Part shown: positions 6,338-15,896 of the stretch, one piece after another | Layout: the number at the start of each line of letters is the position of its first letter | Position numbering within the stretch: the stretch's first letter is position 1 | Assembly: GCA_048939765.1 (NCBI GenBank) | Contig: JBHLPF010000016.1 | Location: forward strand, 30-64,029 | Source of the DNA: Promethearchaeota archaeon | GTDB taxonomy: Archaea > Asgardarchaeota > Thorarchaeia > Thorarchaeales > Thorarchaeaceae | Reading direction: 5' to 3' | DNA length: 64,000 nucleotides | Program-made: the position numbers and the translations under genes | The notes under the pieces: generated by a model | What the model saw: the letters and a program-made list of their open reading frames with translations, nothing else | Databases searched by the model: none | What the model was told of the DNA's origin: nothing

Positions 6338-9075
6338 TCTACTTCACCTCCCCTCGCGAGGACAATAGTTGCTCTCATCGCTGCTGCACTTCCTGCTGCA
6401 ACAGAGTCCGGAATGTCTTTCGGACCGTCGGAGCAGCCGCAGGTGTAGATGCCATCCACATCTGCATCAACTGGGTACAACAGCGGATGTTCTACCTTCA
6501 CATACCCATCGTCATCAAGTTCAATTCCAATGTCATCTGCGAGAATTCGCATGCCCTGTGAAGGTTGGATTCCTCCGCTTAGAACAATTAAATCATGCTT
6601 GTTCTGCAGAAACATTAGATCCTCTATGTTCTCAACTCTGACTAGAGAATCTCCATAGTCGGTTTCTACTACTTCAGCGACTCTGCCTCTGATGAAATTG
6701 ACCCCGAATCGTGTCTTAGCCATTTCAAGGAACTCCTCAAAGCCCTTCCCAAATGCTCTGATATCAGCATAGTACACGGTGACGTCAATATTGGGATCAT
6801 GTTCCTTTGCCATGACAGCATTCTTGATGGAATACATACAACAAACTCTTGAACAATTAGGTACTCCTTTGCTCAAATCTCTCGCGCCTACGCAATTGAT
6901 GAACCCTATTGAGCGAGGCGCCTTGCCATCACTCAGACGAACCAAGTGGCCAGCCGTCGGTCCAGCTGCATTGATCAAACGCTCATACTCCATTGCAGTG
7001 ATGACATTCGGTTGGGTTTCATATCCAAGACGAGGATACTCTTTGACGTCAAACAACTTGTAGCCAGTTGACATCACAATTGCTCCTACATCAAGCTCGA
7101 TTATCTTATCCTGCTGAGTATGGTCTATTGCTTCACGCTGACACGCTTCAACGCACTCCATACACTCGGAGCACACAGTGCAGTTCAGACATCTTCCCGC
7201 CTCGACTGCAGCGGTTTCAGCATCAAAACCAGTCTCCACTTCCTTGAAGGTGGTTCTTCTGTTGTAGATTGATATCTTTGGCATTTCTGCTCTTGGATGA
7301 ACTCCGAAGCGTGCCTTTCTGATTTCTTCAGAAGCAACTTCCAAGAAGGTCTCGGGGCGACCTGTTTTCAAGTCCTCACCTTGGAGGAATCTATGAATAG
7401 ACTCAGCGGCGGCATTTCCTTGACCTACGGCCTCAACGACAAGTCCAGGACCAGTAGCAAGATCACCGCCTGCAAAGACATTCTCCATGCTTGTCTGGAG
7501 AGTGACGGGGTCGACCACTGGAGTTCCCCACTCAGTCATTTCCAGCCCAACATGAGGACCTTTCGGATCAGCACGCTGACCTATTGCGATAATCATGTTC
7601 TCGAATGGAATCGAGAACTCGGAACCAGGAATCGGCACTGGTCGTCTTCTTCCTGAGTCATCAGGCTCCCCGAGTTTCATTTCTATACAGGTGACTCCTA
7701 GGAGTTTCCCCTTTGACTCGATGCACTCTGCAGGATTCGTTAGAACCTTCAACTCTATTCCTTCCTCAAGTGCATCTTCGATTTCATTATGAATTGCTGG
7801 CATCTCTGCCCTTGACCTTCGATAGATGATGGTCACGTTCTTGACACCAAGTCTCTTGGCAACCCGGGCTGCATCAATTGCAGCGTTGCCGCCACCAATG
7901 ACAGCCACATTGTGGCCGAGTGAGACTTCTTCACCACGGTTCACTCTGTCAAGGAAATCAATTGCATGATATACTCCAGTTGACTCCTCTCCCCTAATTC
8001 TCAATTTCGAGCTGATTGGAGCACCAGTCCCTAGGAATACAGCTTTGAAGCCCTCTTTTAGAAGGCTCTCGACGGAGGTGATCTCCTTGCTACACTGGAT
8101 CTTGACACCCATGCTTTCAACGATCTTGATTTCATCAGCGAGAACGTTTCTTGGAAGTCGGTGCTCGGGAATTGCATAGCGGAGCAATCCGCCAGCCTCT
8201 TCGCGCTTCTCGAATACAGTCACCGGATAGCCCAATCTCACCAGTTTCTCGGCACAGGCAATACCTGCGGGTCCAGCGCCGACAACAGCGACCTTCGCCT
8301 TCTTGTCAATGACCGGGATTTCTCCCTTATACCCTCCTTCTTCACGCTCATTGTCATAGAGCCACCGATGTAGGTTGCGGATACTAACTGCGTCATCAAC
8401 AGTACGTCTCTCACACTTCTCCTCACAGAGAGCAGGACAGACACGGCCAAGTGAGCCAGGAAACGGAATCGCATCTCTGACCAGCTTCAATGCCTTGCCA
8501 TTCTCGCCTCTTCGCATCAAAGCCGTGAAACCTTGAGCATTGACATGTGCAGGACAGGTCGTAAAGCATGGAGCGTGGCCACGCTTGTCGATTGTATGTG
8601 TGTTAGGGGTTGCCTGCGGGAAGGGAATATAGATTGCCTTCCTGAATCCTATTCCTTGGTCAAATTCGTTGGGAACCTCAATCGGACAGGCAGACACACA
8701 GTCTCCGCAGCCATTACACTTCTCTTCGTCCACGTATCGCGCTTTCTTGAGAACCTTGACTTTGAAGTTGCCAGCGCTTCCAGAAACCTCCTGAACCTCA
8801 CTGTATGTGAGCAGCTGAATATTCGGATGCCGCTGCACCTCACTTAGTCGAGGTGTCAGAATGCAAGCAGAACAATCCAAGGTGGGGAAGGTCTTATCGA
8901 TCATGGCCATGCGGCCACCGATGCTGCTTGATTTCTCAAGCAGGTGAACCTTGTAGCCTTGATCAGCTATGTCCAAGGCTGCTTGCATCCCAGCGACTCC
9001 TCCACCCACTACAAGGGCTTCATTCGACCATTTGCCTTTGGTGGCACTAGTCTTTGGTCTGGCCAGGGTCACCAC
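6334..9075 (-). CDS. HdrA-like flavoprotein lacking the N-terminal domain, with an inserted GltD/NfnB-like NAD(P)H:FAD [4Fe-4S] module
   Basis: HdrA parts: VVGGGVAGMQAALD, DKTFPTLDCSACIL, CVGARD...CSRVCC. Insert: FPGSLGRVCPALCEEKCERR, VAVVGAGPAGIACAEKL, GGLLRYAIPEHRLP, VIGGGNAAIDAAR, RRRPVPIPGSEF, FAGGD. Confidence 0.85.
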   Translation of the reverse strand: MVTLARPKTSATKGKWSNEALVVGGGVAGMQAALDIADQGYKVHLLEKSSSIGGRMAMIDKTFPTLDCSACILTPRLSEVQRHPNIQLLTYSEVQEVSGSAGNFKVKVLKKARYVDEEKCNGCGDCVSACPIEVPNEFDQGIGFRKAIYIPFPQATPNTHTIDKRGHAPCFTTCPAHVNAQGFTALMRRGENGKALKLVRDAIPFPGSLGRVCPALCEEKCERRTVDDAVSIRNLHRWLYDNEREEGGYKGEIPVIDKKAKVAVVGAGPAGIACAEKLVRLGYPVTVFEKREEAGGLLRYAIPEHRLPRNVLADEIKIVESMGVKIQCSKEITSVESLLKEGFKAVFLGTGAPISSKLRIRGEESTGVYHAIDFLDRVNRGEEVSLGHNVAVIGGGNAAIDAARVAKRLGVKNVTIIYRRSRAEMPAIHNEIEDALEEGIELKVLTNPAECIESKGKLLGVTCIEMKLGEPDDSGRRRPVPIPGSEFSIPFENMIIAIGQRADPKGPHVGLEMTEWGTPVVDPVTLQTSMENVFAGGDLATGPGLVVEAVGQGNAAAESIHRFLQGEDLKTGRPETFLEVASEEIRKARFGVHPRAEMPKISIYNRRTTFKEVETGFDAETAAVEAGRCLNCTVCSECMECVEACQREAIDHTQQDKIIELDVGAIVMSTGYKLFDVKEYPRLGYETQPNVITAMEYERLINAAGPTAGHLVRLSDGKAPRSIGFINCVGARDLSKGVPNCSRVCCMYSIKNAVMAKEHDPNIDVTVYYADIRAFGKGFEEFLEMAKTRFGVNFIRGRVAEVVETDYGDSLVRVENIEDLMFLQNKHDLIVLSGGIQPSQGMRILADDIGIELDDDGYVKVEHPLLYPVDADVDGIYTCGCSDGPKDIPDSVAAGSAAAMRATIVLARGGEVE

Positions 9076-9983
9076 TTTGCCTCCTGCTCGCGGCGGATGA
9101 CCTTAGACTCTATTCTATGAGCGAATTCGAGTAGGACATCAGGACTAATCTTGTTCAGGGGTAAGCCAAGGGTTTCTTGATCGATTCCCATGGCAGCTCC
9201 CATGAATTGGGGCAATGTGAGTACTGGAATTCGATCCCTTGGTTCACCACCTTCGCCAAACTGAACCTGTGTCAGCTGAATATTACAGAATACACACGCG
9301 GTCAGTATTCCTTTGGCTCCTGCGGCCTTGACGTTTGTAATCTTCTCAGAGCCAATGGCAGTGGCTAATTCCTCATCCATGGCGAGCATTGGGCCTCCAC
9401 AGCACCGGACCTTCCCTGCGTAGTCAACAGCTTGAGCACCACAGGCTTCAATGATATCATCGATAGACCTTGGCACCTCGGGATCGTCTACTTGAACTAT
9501 TTCAGCCGGACGGGTCACGTGGCAACCATAGTGTGCAGCGAGAACTACTCCGTTATACGGCTGAACTACTGCTCTTCTAATCGCATCGTAGCCCACCTCA
9601 TCTCGAAGGATTTGCAGAAGGTGCTTCACCTCAACTTTGCCGGTGTATTCTAGGTCTTCCTCGGCCAGAATTTCGTTGACTGTGGCCTTTAGTTCAGGCT
9701 CATTGTCCAGCATGTGTTTCACATGTTTCAGGGAACCGGAACATGCTCCACAGATTGCAATGATATCTTTCCCGAACCGCTCTGCAATTGCCAGAAGACG
9801 CCCACTCATAGCTGCGAAAGCTTCCCGACTCAGTGATTCAACATATTGAGCCCCGCAGCAATTAACATCCTTCATGTGGTGAGCAGTTACACCAAGGTGC
9901 TTTAGGACCGCCATAGTGGCTGCTTCGTAGGCAGGAAGCCTGACTGGTGTAGTGCAACCAGTGTAAACAAAATAGTCTGTCAA
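9069..9983 (-). CDS. hdrB: heterodisulfide reductase subunit B (two CCG domains)
   Basis: DVNCCGAQ...CGACSGS and VRCCGGP...CVFCNIQ. TTG start with TTGA overlap and a GGAGGTGA SD. Confidence 0.9.
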   Translation of the reverse strand: MTDYFVYTGCTTPVRLPAYEAATMAVLKHLGVTAHHMKDVNCCGAQYVESLSREAFAAMSGRLLAIAERFGKDIIAICGACSGSLKHVKHMLDNEPELKATVNEILAEEDLEYTGKVEVKHLLQILRDEVGYDAIRRAVVQPYNGVVLAAHYGCHVTRPAEIVQVDDPEVPRSIDDIIEACGAQAVDYAGKVRCCGGPMLAMDEELATAIGSEKITNVKAAGAKGILTACVFCNIQLTQVQFGEGGEPRDRIPVLTLPQFMGAAMGIDQETLGLPLNKISPDVLLEFAHRIESKVIRREQEAKW

Positions 9984-10546
9984 CTCCCATCACCTCCAGA
10001 GAAATACTTCTTCTTCAATCTTTGAGTGAATTCATTATTCCATCCCAAGTCGGTGTCAAGGCCTAAGTCATCTCTGTCATCCTCGATGAAGTCAGAGTAT
10101 GCATCTCCTAGAAGCCACCCATCGCTTAGGGCTTTCTCCACTGTTGATTTGAAAACCTCAGGGACATATCCATCCCTTGCAGCAATGTGTCGGACAGCCT
10201 GAAAGATCTCAGCCGGACTGACACCCTCTTGGCATCTCTCTTCGCACATTCTACATGTCATGCAAAGCCATGGCAAATCGCTCTGCAAGACTTCATCCCT
10301 CTTTCCAATGATTATCTTCTGAATGAGCTGGCGCGGGCGGTATCTATCGGAAAAAGAAGATACGGCACATGATGCTGTGCATATTCCGCACTGAATGCAC
10401 TTGTTGATGCCTTCGCCACCAGGTTCAGCTGCCACCTCTTTAGCAAAATGGGAAGAAGGAGTATGTTCAGCTTCAATTCCTTTATCGGTCTCTGTTCGAG
10501 TACCCATGTTTGGTCGACCTCTTTCAGACAGGATTCTCCGGACCAT
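9980..10546 (-). CDS. hdrC: heterodisulfide reductase subunit C (2x[4Fe-4S])
   Basis: CIQCGICTASC and CMTCRMCEERC. The start is ambiguous: the ATG at 10546 has its SD directly abutting, while the ATG at 10507 has AGAGGT 8 nt upstream and aligns with the paralog N-terminus. Confidence 0.85.
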   Translation of the reverse strand: MVRRILSERGRPNMGTRTETDKGIEAEHTPSSHFAKEVAAEPGGEGINKCIQCGICTASCAVSSFSDRYRPRQLIQKIIIGKRDEVLQSDLPWLCMTCRMCEERCQEGVSPAEIFQAVRHIAARDGYVPEVFKSTVEKALSDGWLLGDAYSDFIEDDRDDLGLDTDLGWNNEFTQRLKKKYFSGGDGS

Positions 10547-10680
10547 CCACCTTGTAACAAGGGGCTGGCTATCCTTTCTCCGTCTGTAATCTGTGGTGGA
10601 ATTCCAGTTACAGGATGTGCCGAAACTCCGACAAAGTGATTATATGTCTAGTGTCTTCGAGGAGTGCGTATCTCGTTCAT

Positions 10681-10701
10681 CTTCGTGATAAATATCGTAC
10701 A
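10681..10701 (-). promoter_or_regulatory. conserved upstream box shared by both hdr operons (includes a TATA-like ATATTTAT on the minus strand)
   Basis: cttcgtgataaatatcgtaca versus tttcatgaacgatatcgtaca at 17961..17981: 16/21 identical with a 10-nt identical core ATATCGTACA. Both lie about 130 nt upstream of the hdrC start. Confidence 0.3.
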
Positions 10702-10804
10702 CGAGGGTTATGCTCCGTGTTCGATATCGACACTATGATGTGTTTCTATGAAATTCCCCTTTTCTGAATGATTTTCTTGTGTTTTGTTGACTTGTGAACT
10801 CATG

Positions 10805-13800
10805 TCACGGGCCCACTTCAGAGTAAAGATTTCTTGAAGCAGCTTCAATCATAGGCATAAGTTGACTTGTCTTGTAGTGCTTCATGTCGATTGCATTCTG
10901 CGGGCAGGCCGCGCTACAAGTGCCGCATCCTTGACATGCCTCTCGCGCAATCAACATAGCATCGTCCTCAAGCCGAGGTGCTCCATAGGGACAGACTTCA
11001 GCACATAATTCACATTTGATGCATTTGTTGGTGTCAATCTCTGCGTAGATGGGTTCTATTTTGAATTCTCCAGGCCCCATCAAAGCTTGCGCCTTCGCGG
11101 CGGCTGCTTCACCCATTGAAACTGCTTTGGCGATGTCCATTGGACCAAGGCAAGCGCCAGCGACAAACACACCATCCTGGAACGACTCTACTGGCCTTAG
11201 TTTGGGATGTGCGCAAAGGAAGTACCCATAGTGGTCAGTGGTCATCTTCAGCATACGCGCCATATCGGGATTCTCAGGCTGTGGATGTAATGCTGTCGCC
11301 AAGACAACTAAGTCATATGTGAGCCCAATATTCATTCCAGTATACAGGTCTTCAGCATATACCTGGATCTTGTCCTCTATCGGGTTATGCTCCAATTCAG
11401 AAGCCCTCCCTTTCACGATGTTGACACCCATCTCACGTGCTCTCTGATAGAGCTCCTCGTATCCGATACCATGCGTTCGAATATCCATCGTGTATATCGT
11501 AACATCAGTTTCTGGATACTTCTCCTTGATTTGAGTTGCTTGCTTCAGAGAGTTTTCACAGCCAACATAGCAGCAGTAGTCTCTATCGAACCTTGCATCA
11601 CGAGACCCTACGCATTGGAGGAATGCAATGCTAGATGGGGTTTTTCCGTCAGAAGGTCGTTTTATCTTACCATGAGTTGGCCCAGCAGCATTTGTCAATC
11701 GTTCGAACTGTGCATTTGTGATGATATGGGGTAGAATTCCGTACCCGTACTCACGAGTGTCCACTGGTTCGTATGAACGTGAACCTGTGGTAACGATGAT
11801 GGTTCCTACATCTCGGTTCAGAATCTGGTCTGTCATTTTGTGGTCTATAGCATTCGCCTTGCATGCGTCGACACATTGGTTACATTCGCAACATACTGCA
11901 CAACTGATACATCGTTCAGCTTCAGCTAGTGCGCTCTTCTCATTGAATCCAAGTTCGACTTCAGCAAAGCTATTCTTTCGCTTCCCTGTGCTCAATACAG
12001 GCATGACAACTCTGGGAGAACTCCGGATCCCATCCTTGAGGATGAGATCCTTAGGCACAGGAGATGGTTCTTCTCCTCTTCCTAGCGCAAGGTCTTCGCC
12101 AGTTAGGAACCTATCAATTGAGATGGCCGCCTCCTTGCCTGCTCCTACAGCTTCAACGACAGTGGCAGGACCCGTGACCACATCGCCCCCCGCAAAAACG
12201 CCCTTCTTGCTTGTCTGATATGTAACCTCGTCGACAACGACTGTGCCCCACTTAGTAAGCTCTAGGCCCTTGAGTGGACCTTTCGGATCGACTAGCTGAC
12301 CAATCGCAATTATGATGTCATCAACCTTCATATCATACTCCGAATCTGGTATTGGAATGGGACGCCTCCGACCTGATGCATCCGGTGCACCGAGACGCAT
12401 CTGAACACATCGGATTCCATTCACTTTCTCGTCAGTCTCGAGTATCTCCACAGGCGATGATAGAATCTTTATTTTGATTCCCTCTCGTTCAGCCTCATCT
12501 ATTTCACTGCGGATGGCAGGCATCTCATCCCTTGACCGACGATAGACAATTGTGACTCGATTTGCACCCAGGCGCTTTGCACTTCTAGCTGCATCAATCG
12601 CGGCATTCCCGCCACCAATCACAACCACATCTTCACCGAGCGTGACCTTTCTTCCTTGATTGAATCGCTCCAAGAAGTCAAGGGCATGATGAACACCTTT
12701 TGCGTCTTCTCCATTCACTTTTAGCTTACTACTCAACGATGCACCAGTTGCCAGAAAGACCGCTTTGTAACCGTCCTTCTTTAGGTCAGAAAGAGATTCG
12801 ACATTCACTCCTGTCTTCATCTCAACACCCAACGATTCGACTGCTGCGATTTCTTCCCCAAGAATTTCTCTTGGAAGACGGTACTCTGGTATTGCATATC
12901 GCAACAAGCCCCCTGCTTCAGGCTTTGCCTCAAAGACTGTCACTGGATAGCCCAATTTGATAAGATCGTAGGCACATGCAATCCCAGCTGGTCCTGAGCC
13001 AACTATTGCCACTTTCTTTTTCTTGGTTGGCTTGATTCGTGCAAATGGGTCTTCACCTTTCTCGCGTGCGTTGTCAGCCAAGAAACGATGGAGATTCCTA
13101 ATGGACAATGGCTCGTCGATTGATCCCCGCTCGCATCTCTCTTCGCAAAGACTTGTGCAAACCCTACCTAGCGAACCAGGGAATGGATTCGACTCCCGAA
13201 AGATCTCGAGCGCCTTGTCAAAGTTCTTCTCACGCATCAGTGTGATAAATGCATGGCTGTTGACTCCTGCAGGACAAGCTATTCGGCAAGCAGCTGTGCC
13301 TCTCTTATCAATGGTGAATGTGTTGGGCACTGCTTGTGGAAATGGTCGATAGATTGCCTTTCTATCAGCTAGACCATATTCGTATTCATTTGTCACACGA
13401 ACTGGGCATACTGGTTCACATTCACCGCAGCCATTGCAGGCATCAGCACTGACATAGCCTGCTTTCTTTCTAACTGAGAGTTTGAAATCACCCACATGAC
13501 CATCCACTTTCTCCAGCTCACTATACGCAAGGAGTTCGATCTCAGGATGTCGTTCTACTGATGCCATGATGGGGCCAAGTATGCAGATTGCGCAGTCATT
13601 TTGGGGAAACACCTTATCTAGAAGAGCCATCTGTCCGCCTATGGTTGGTCGCTTTTCTATGAGAGAAACCGGATAGCCAGAATTGGCCAGGTCCAGTGCC
13701 GCAGAAATTCCAGCAACGCCTCCGCCCACAACAGCTACTCGAGGTATGATCACTACGGATTCCATTTCCAGTGATTCAAGTTTTCGGGCACGTGCAATAG

Positions 13801-14194
13801 CCATCTCTATAAGGTGCTTTGCCTTTTCGGTCGCCTTTTCCTTTTCATCCATATGACACCATGAAACATGTTCCCGAATGTTCACCATCTCGAAGAGGAA
13901 TCGGTTTAGTCCAACCTCTTCGATCGTCTTTCGAAATACAGGCTCATGTGTCCGTGGCGTACATGATGCAACAATGACCCTATTGATATCATGTTCCTCT
14001 ATACTCTCTTTTATCGACTTAAGGCCGTCAGAAGAACAGGTGAACATGAGATCATTACTGAAGACTACGTTTGGAAGGTCCTTGACATGGTCACGCACAG
14101 CTTCCACGTCAACAGTCCCTGCAATGTTCAGGCCACAGTGACAAGTCCAGACTCCAATTCGGACATCGTCGCTTCTATCAACTGCCATCATCAT
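10805..14194 (-). CDS. full-length HdrA with inserted GltD/NfnB-like NAD(P)H module (1129 aa)
   Basis: N-terminal domain RIGVWTCHCGLNIAGTVDVEAV...ASCTPRTHEPVFRK; VVGGGVAGISAALD; insert FPGSLGRVCTSLCEERCERG, VAIVGSGPAGIACAYDL, GGLLRYAIPEYRLP; CVGSRD; C-terminal CIKCELCAEVCP / CQGCGTCSAACP. Confidence 0.85.
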   Translation of the reverse strand: MMMAVDRSDDVRIGVWTCHCGLNIAGTVDVEAVRDHVKDLPNVVFSNDLMFTCSSDGLKSIKESIEEHDINRVIVASCTPRTHEPVFRKTIEEVGLNRFLFEMVNIREHVSWCHMDEKEKATEKAKHLIEMAIARARKLESLEMESVVIIPRVAVVGGGVAGISAALDLANSGYPVSLIEKRPTIGGQMALLDKVFPQNDCAICILGPIMASVERHPEIELLAYSELEKVDGHVGDFKLSVRKKAGYVSADACNGCGECEPVCPVRVTNEYEYGLADRKAIYRPFPQAVPNTFTIDKRGTAACRIACPAGVNSHAFITLMREKNFDKALEIFRESNPFPGSLGRVCTSLCEERCERGSIDEPLSIRNLHRFLADNAREKGEDPFARIKPTKKKKVAIVGSGPAGIACAYDLIKLGYPVTVFEAKPEAGGLLRYAIPEYRLPREILGEEIAAVESLGVEMKTGVNVESLSDLKKDGYKAVFLATGASLSSKLKVNGEDAKGVHHALDFLERFNQGRKVTLGEDVVVIGGGNAAIDAARSAKRLGANRVTIVYRRSRDEMPAIRSEIDEAEREGIKIKILSSPVEILETDEKVNGIRCVQMRLGAPDASGRRRPIPIPDSEYDMKVDDIIIAIGQLVDPKGPLKGLELTKWGTVVVDEVTYQTSKKGVFAGGDVVTGPATVVEAVGAGKEAAISIDRFLTGEDLALGRGEEPSPVPKDLILKDGIRSSPRVVMPVLSTGKRKNSFAEVELGFNEKSALAEAERCISCAVCCECNQCVDACKANAIDHKMTDQILNRDVGTIIVTTGSRSYEPVDTREYGYGILPHIITNAQFERLTNAAGPTHGKIKRPSDGKTPSSIAFLQCVGSRDARFDRDYCCYVGCENSLKQATQIKEKYPETDVTIYTMDIRTHGIGYEELYQRAREMGVNIVKGRASELEHNPIEDKIQVYAEDLYTGMNIGLTYDLVVLATALHPQPENPDMARMLKMTTDHYGYFLCAHPKLRPVESFQDGVFVAGACLGPMDIAKAVSMGEAAAAKAQALMGPGEFKIEPIYAEIDTNKCIKCELCAEVCPYGAPRLEDDAMLIAREACQGCGTCSAACPQNAIDMKHYKTSQLMPMIEAASRNLYSEVGP

Positions 14195-14556
14195 TCATCC
14201 CCTTTGGTTCCCATTAGGCTCCTAGCGTACAGGTACTCCCGTTTCTCTTCACCCACAATTTCGACCTCGTTCCATTTCATCAATGCCAAGATATTCCAGA
14301 GGACTCTGTGTGGCTCAAGTTCCGTTGCCCTCGCGATTTGTGAGACCGTTGCGAAACCATCATCCAATTGCTTCAGAATATAGTGCCTTTCGTACTCCTC
14401 TTGGATGGTCTTGTCTACCAACTCCTTAAATCTCTCTTGAGTTAGTTCGCCATTTTGGACAAGAACATCACCCTTTCCTATGAGCCATCTGAGTCGTTCG
14501 TCTCCGAAAGCATCCACCATCGCCTCTATGCGACTACTATCTACTGTTTCTCTCAT
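14191..14556 (-). CDS. small winged-helix-like protein, paralog of 3901..4134 with an N-terminal extension
   Basis: RHYILKQLDDGFATVSQIARATELEPHRVLWNILALMKWNEVEIVGEE aligns with the operon-1 protein. ATGA overlap with the downstream hdrA. Confidence 0.6.
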   Translation of the reverse strand: MRETVDSSRIEAMVDAFGDERLRWLIGKGDVLVQNGELTQERFKELVDKTIQEEYERHYILKQLDDGFATVSQIARATELEPHRVLWNILALMKWNEVEIVGEEKREYLYARSLMGTKGDE

Positions 14557-14558
14557 AA

Positions 14559-15896
14559 TTAGGCACCTCCCTTAGCGAGAGTAATACTCGCACGCATAGC
14601 AGCCGCGCTTCCTGCCGCAACACTATCTGGTATGTCCTTTGGAGATTCCGCACACCCGCAAACGTAGATGCCGGGAACCTTTGTATCAACAGGTTTGATA
14701 GTTGCATTCTTAACGGCTAGGAATCCGTCTGCATCGAGCTCGAGTCCCATCTGAATTGAGAGGTCCTTCAATGTCTTAGGAGGCAGAATTCCAGGACAAA
14801 CTACGACCAGCTCGTGCTCGTTCTGCAAGAACTTACCAGTTTCAGTATCCTCCACACGTACAACGATATTCCCATTCTTTAGATTCTCTGAAACTTCGCC
14901 AACACGACCCCGTATGAACTTCACACCAAACCGTGTCTTCGCCATCTCTTTGAACTCTTCAAAGCCCTTGCCGAATGCCCGAAGGTCCGCATAGTAGAGC
15001 GAAACGTCCTTCACATGGTCGTGAGCTAGCTCAAATGCCATCACTCCATTCTTGATCGAATACATGCAGCATATGCGAGAACAGTTGGGAACGCCTTTCT
15101 CTACATCCCGGGCTCCAACGCACTGAATGAAGCCAATCGACTTTGGAATCTTTCCATCGCTCAATCGCATGAGATGCCCGCCACTTGGACCAGCGGCATT
15201 GATGATGCGTTCATACTCTAATGCGTGCATGACATTCTTGTATCTCCCATACCCAAGCCTAGGATACTTGGTGACATCATAGAGTTCGTAGCCTGTGGCA
15301 ACCACGATTGCTCCAACCGGAATCTCGACCTCTTCATCGACTGCATCAAGCATCACCGCTTCTCTTGCGCAAGACTTCTCACACATACCGCATCTGATGC
15401 AGTTCTTTTCGTCAATCGTGTACACCAGAGGGGTGCTCTGGGGAAATCCGATATAGATTGCTTTTCGAAATCCGAGGTCTTGATCGAACTCATTGGGTAC
15501 TTCGATTGGGCAATGTGGTACACAATCTCCGCAGCCGGAGCAAAGATCCTCGTTGACTTTTCGAGCTTTCCTCAATACTTTGACACGGAAATCTCCAGCC
15601 TTACCCGTTACCCCAGTGACTTCGGAGTAGGTCAGGAGCTCGATATTTGGATGTCTTGCAACCTCAGAAAGCCTTGGTGTGAGGATACATGCAGAACAGT
15701 CAAGCGTCGGAAAAGTCTTATCAAGCATTGCCATGACGCCCCCTATGGAGGGCGATTTCTCTACCAAAACAACTTGGTAATTCTGGTTAGCGATATCAAG
15801 GGCGGCCTGCATCCCCGCGACGCCACCTCCAATGACCATAGCGGTCTCAGAAGGAACCAGATGGTCATAGGTTACCTTGTCACCGGCAATCGTCAT
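14559..15896 (-). CDS. HdrA-like core flavoprotein (no N-terminal domain, no GltD insert, no C-terminal ferredoxin)
   Basis: 445 aa and very similar to the HdrA parts of 6334..9075: VIGGGVAGMQAALD, DKTFPTLDCSACILTPRLSEV, CSGCGDCVPHCP, CIRCGMCEKSC, CVGARD...CSRICC. Confidence 0.85.
   Translation of the reverse strand: MTIAGDKVTYDHLVPSETAMVIGGGVAGMQAALDIANQNYQVVLVEKSPSIGGVMAMLDKTFPTLDCSACILTPRLSEVARHPNIELLTYSEVTGVTGKAGDFRVKVLRKARKVNEDLCSGCGDCVPHCPIEVPNEFDQDLGFRKAIYIGFPQSTPLVYTIDEKNCIRCGMCEKSCAREAVMLDAVDEEVEIPVGAIVVATGYELYDVTKYPRLGYGRYKNVMHALEYERIINAAGPSGGHLMRLSDGKIPKSIGFIQCVGARDVEKGVPNCSRICCMYSIKNGVMAFELAHDHVKDVSLYYADLRAFGKGFEEFKEMAKTRFGVKFIRGRVGEVSENLKNGNIVVRVEDTETGKFLQNEHELVVVCPGILPPKTLKDLSIQMGLELDADGFLAVKNATIKPVDTKVPGIYVCGCAESPKDIPDSVAAGSAAAMRASITLAKGGA

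Noticed and set aside
10724-10807. Possible Sec readthrough of the TGA stop ending the 1129-aa HdrA
   Set aside because: Continuing the frame gives only 24 more codons (HEFTSQQNTRKSFRKGEFHRNTS) with no recognisable motif, so this is an ordinary stop.
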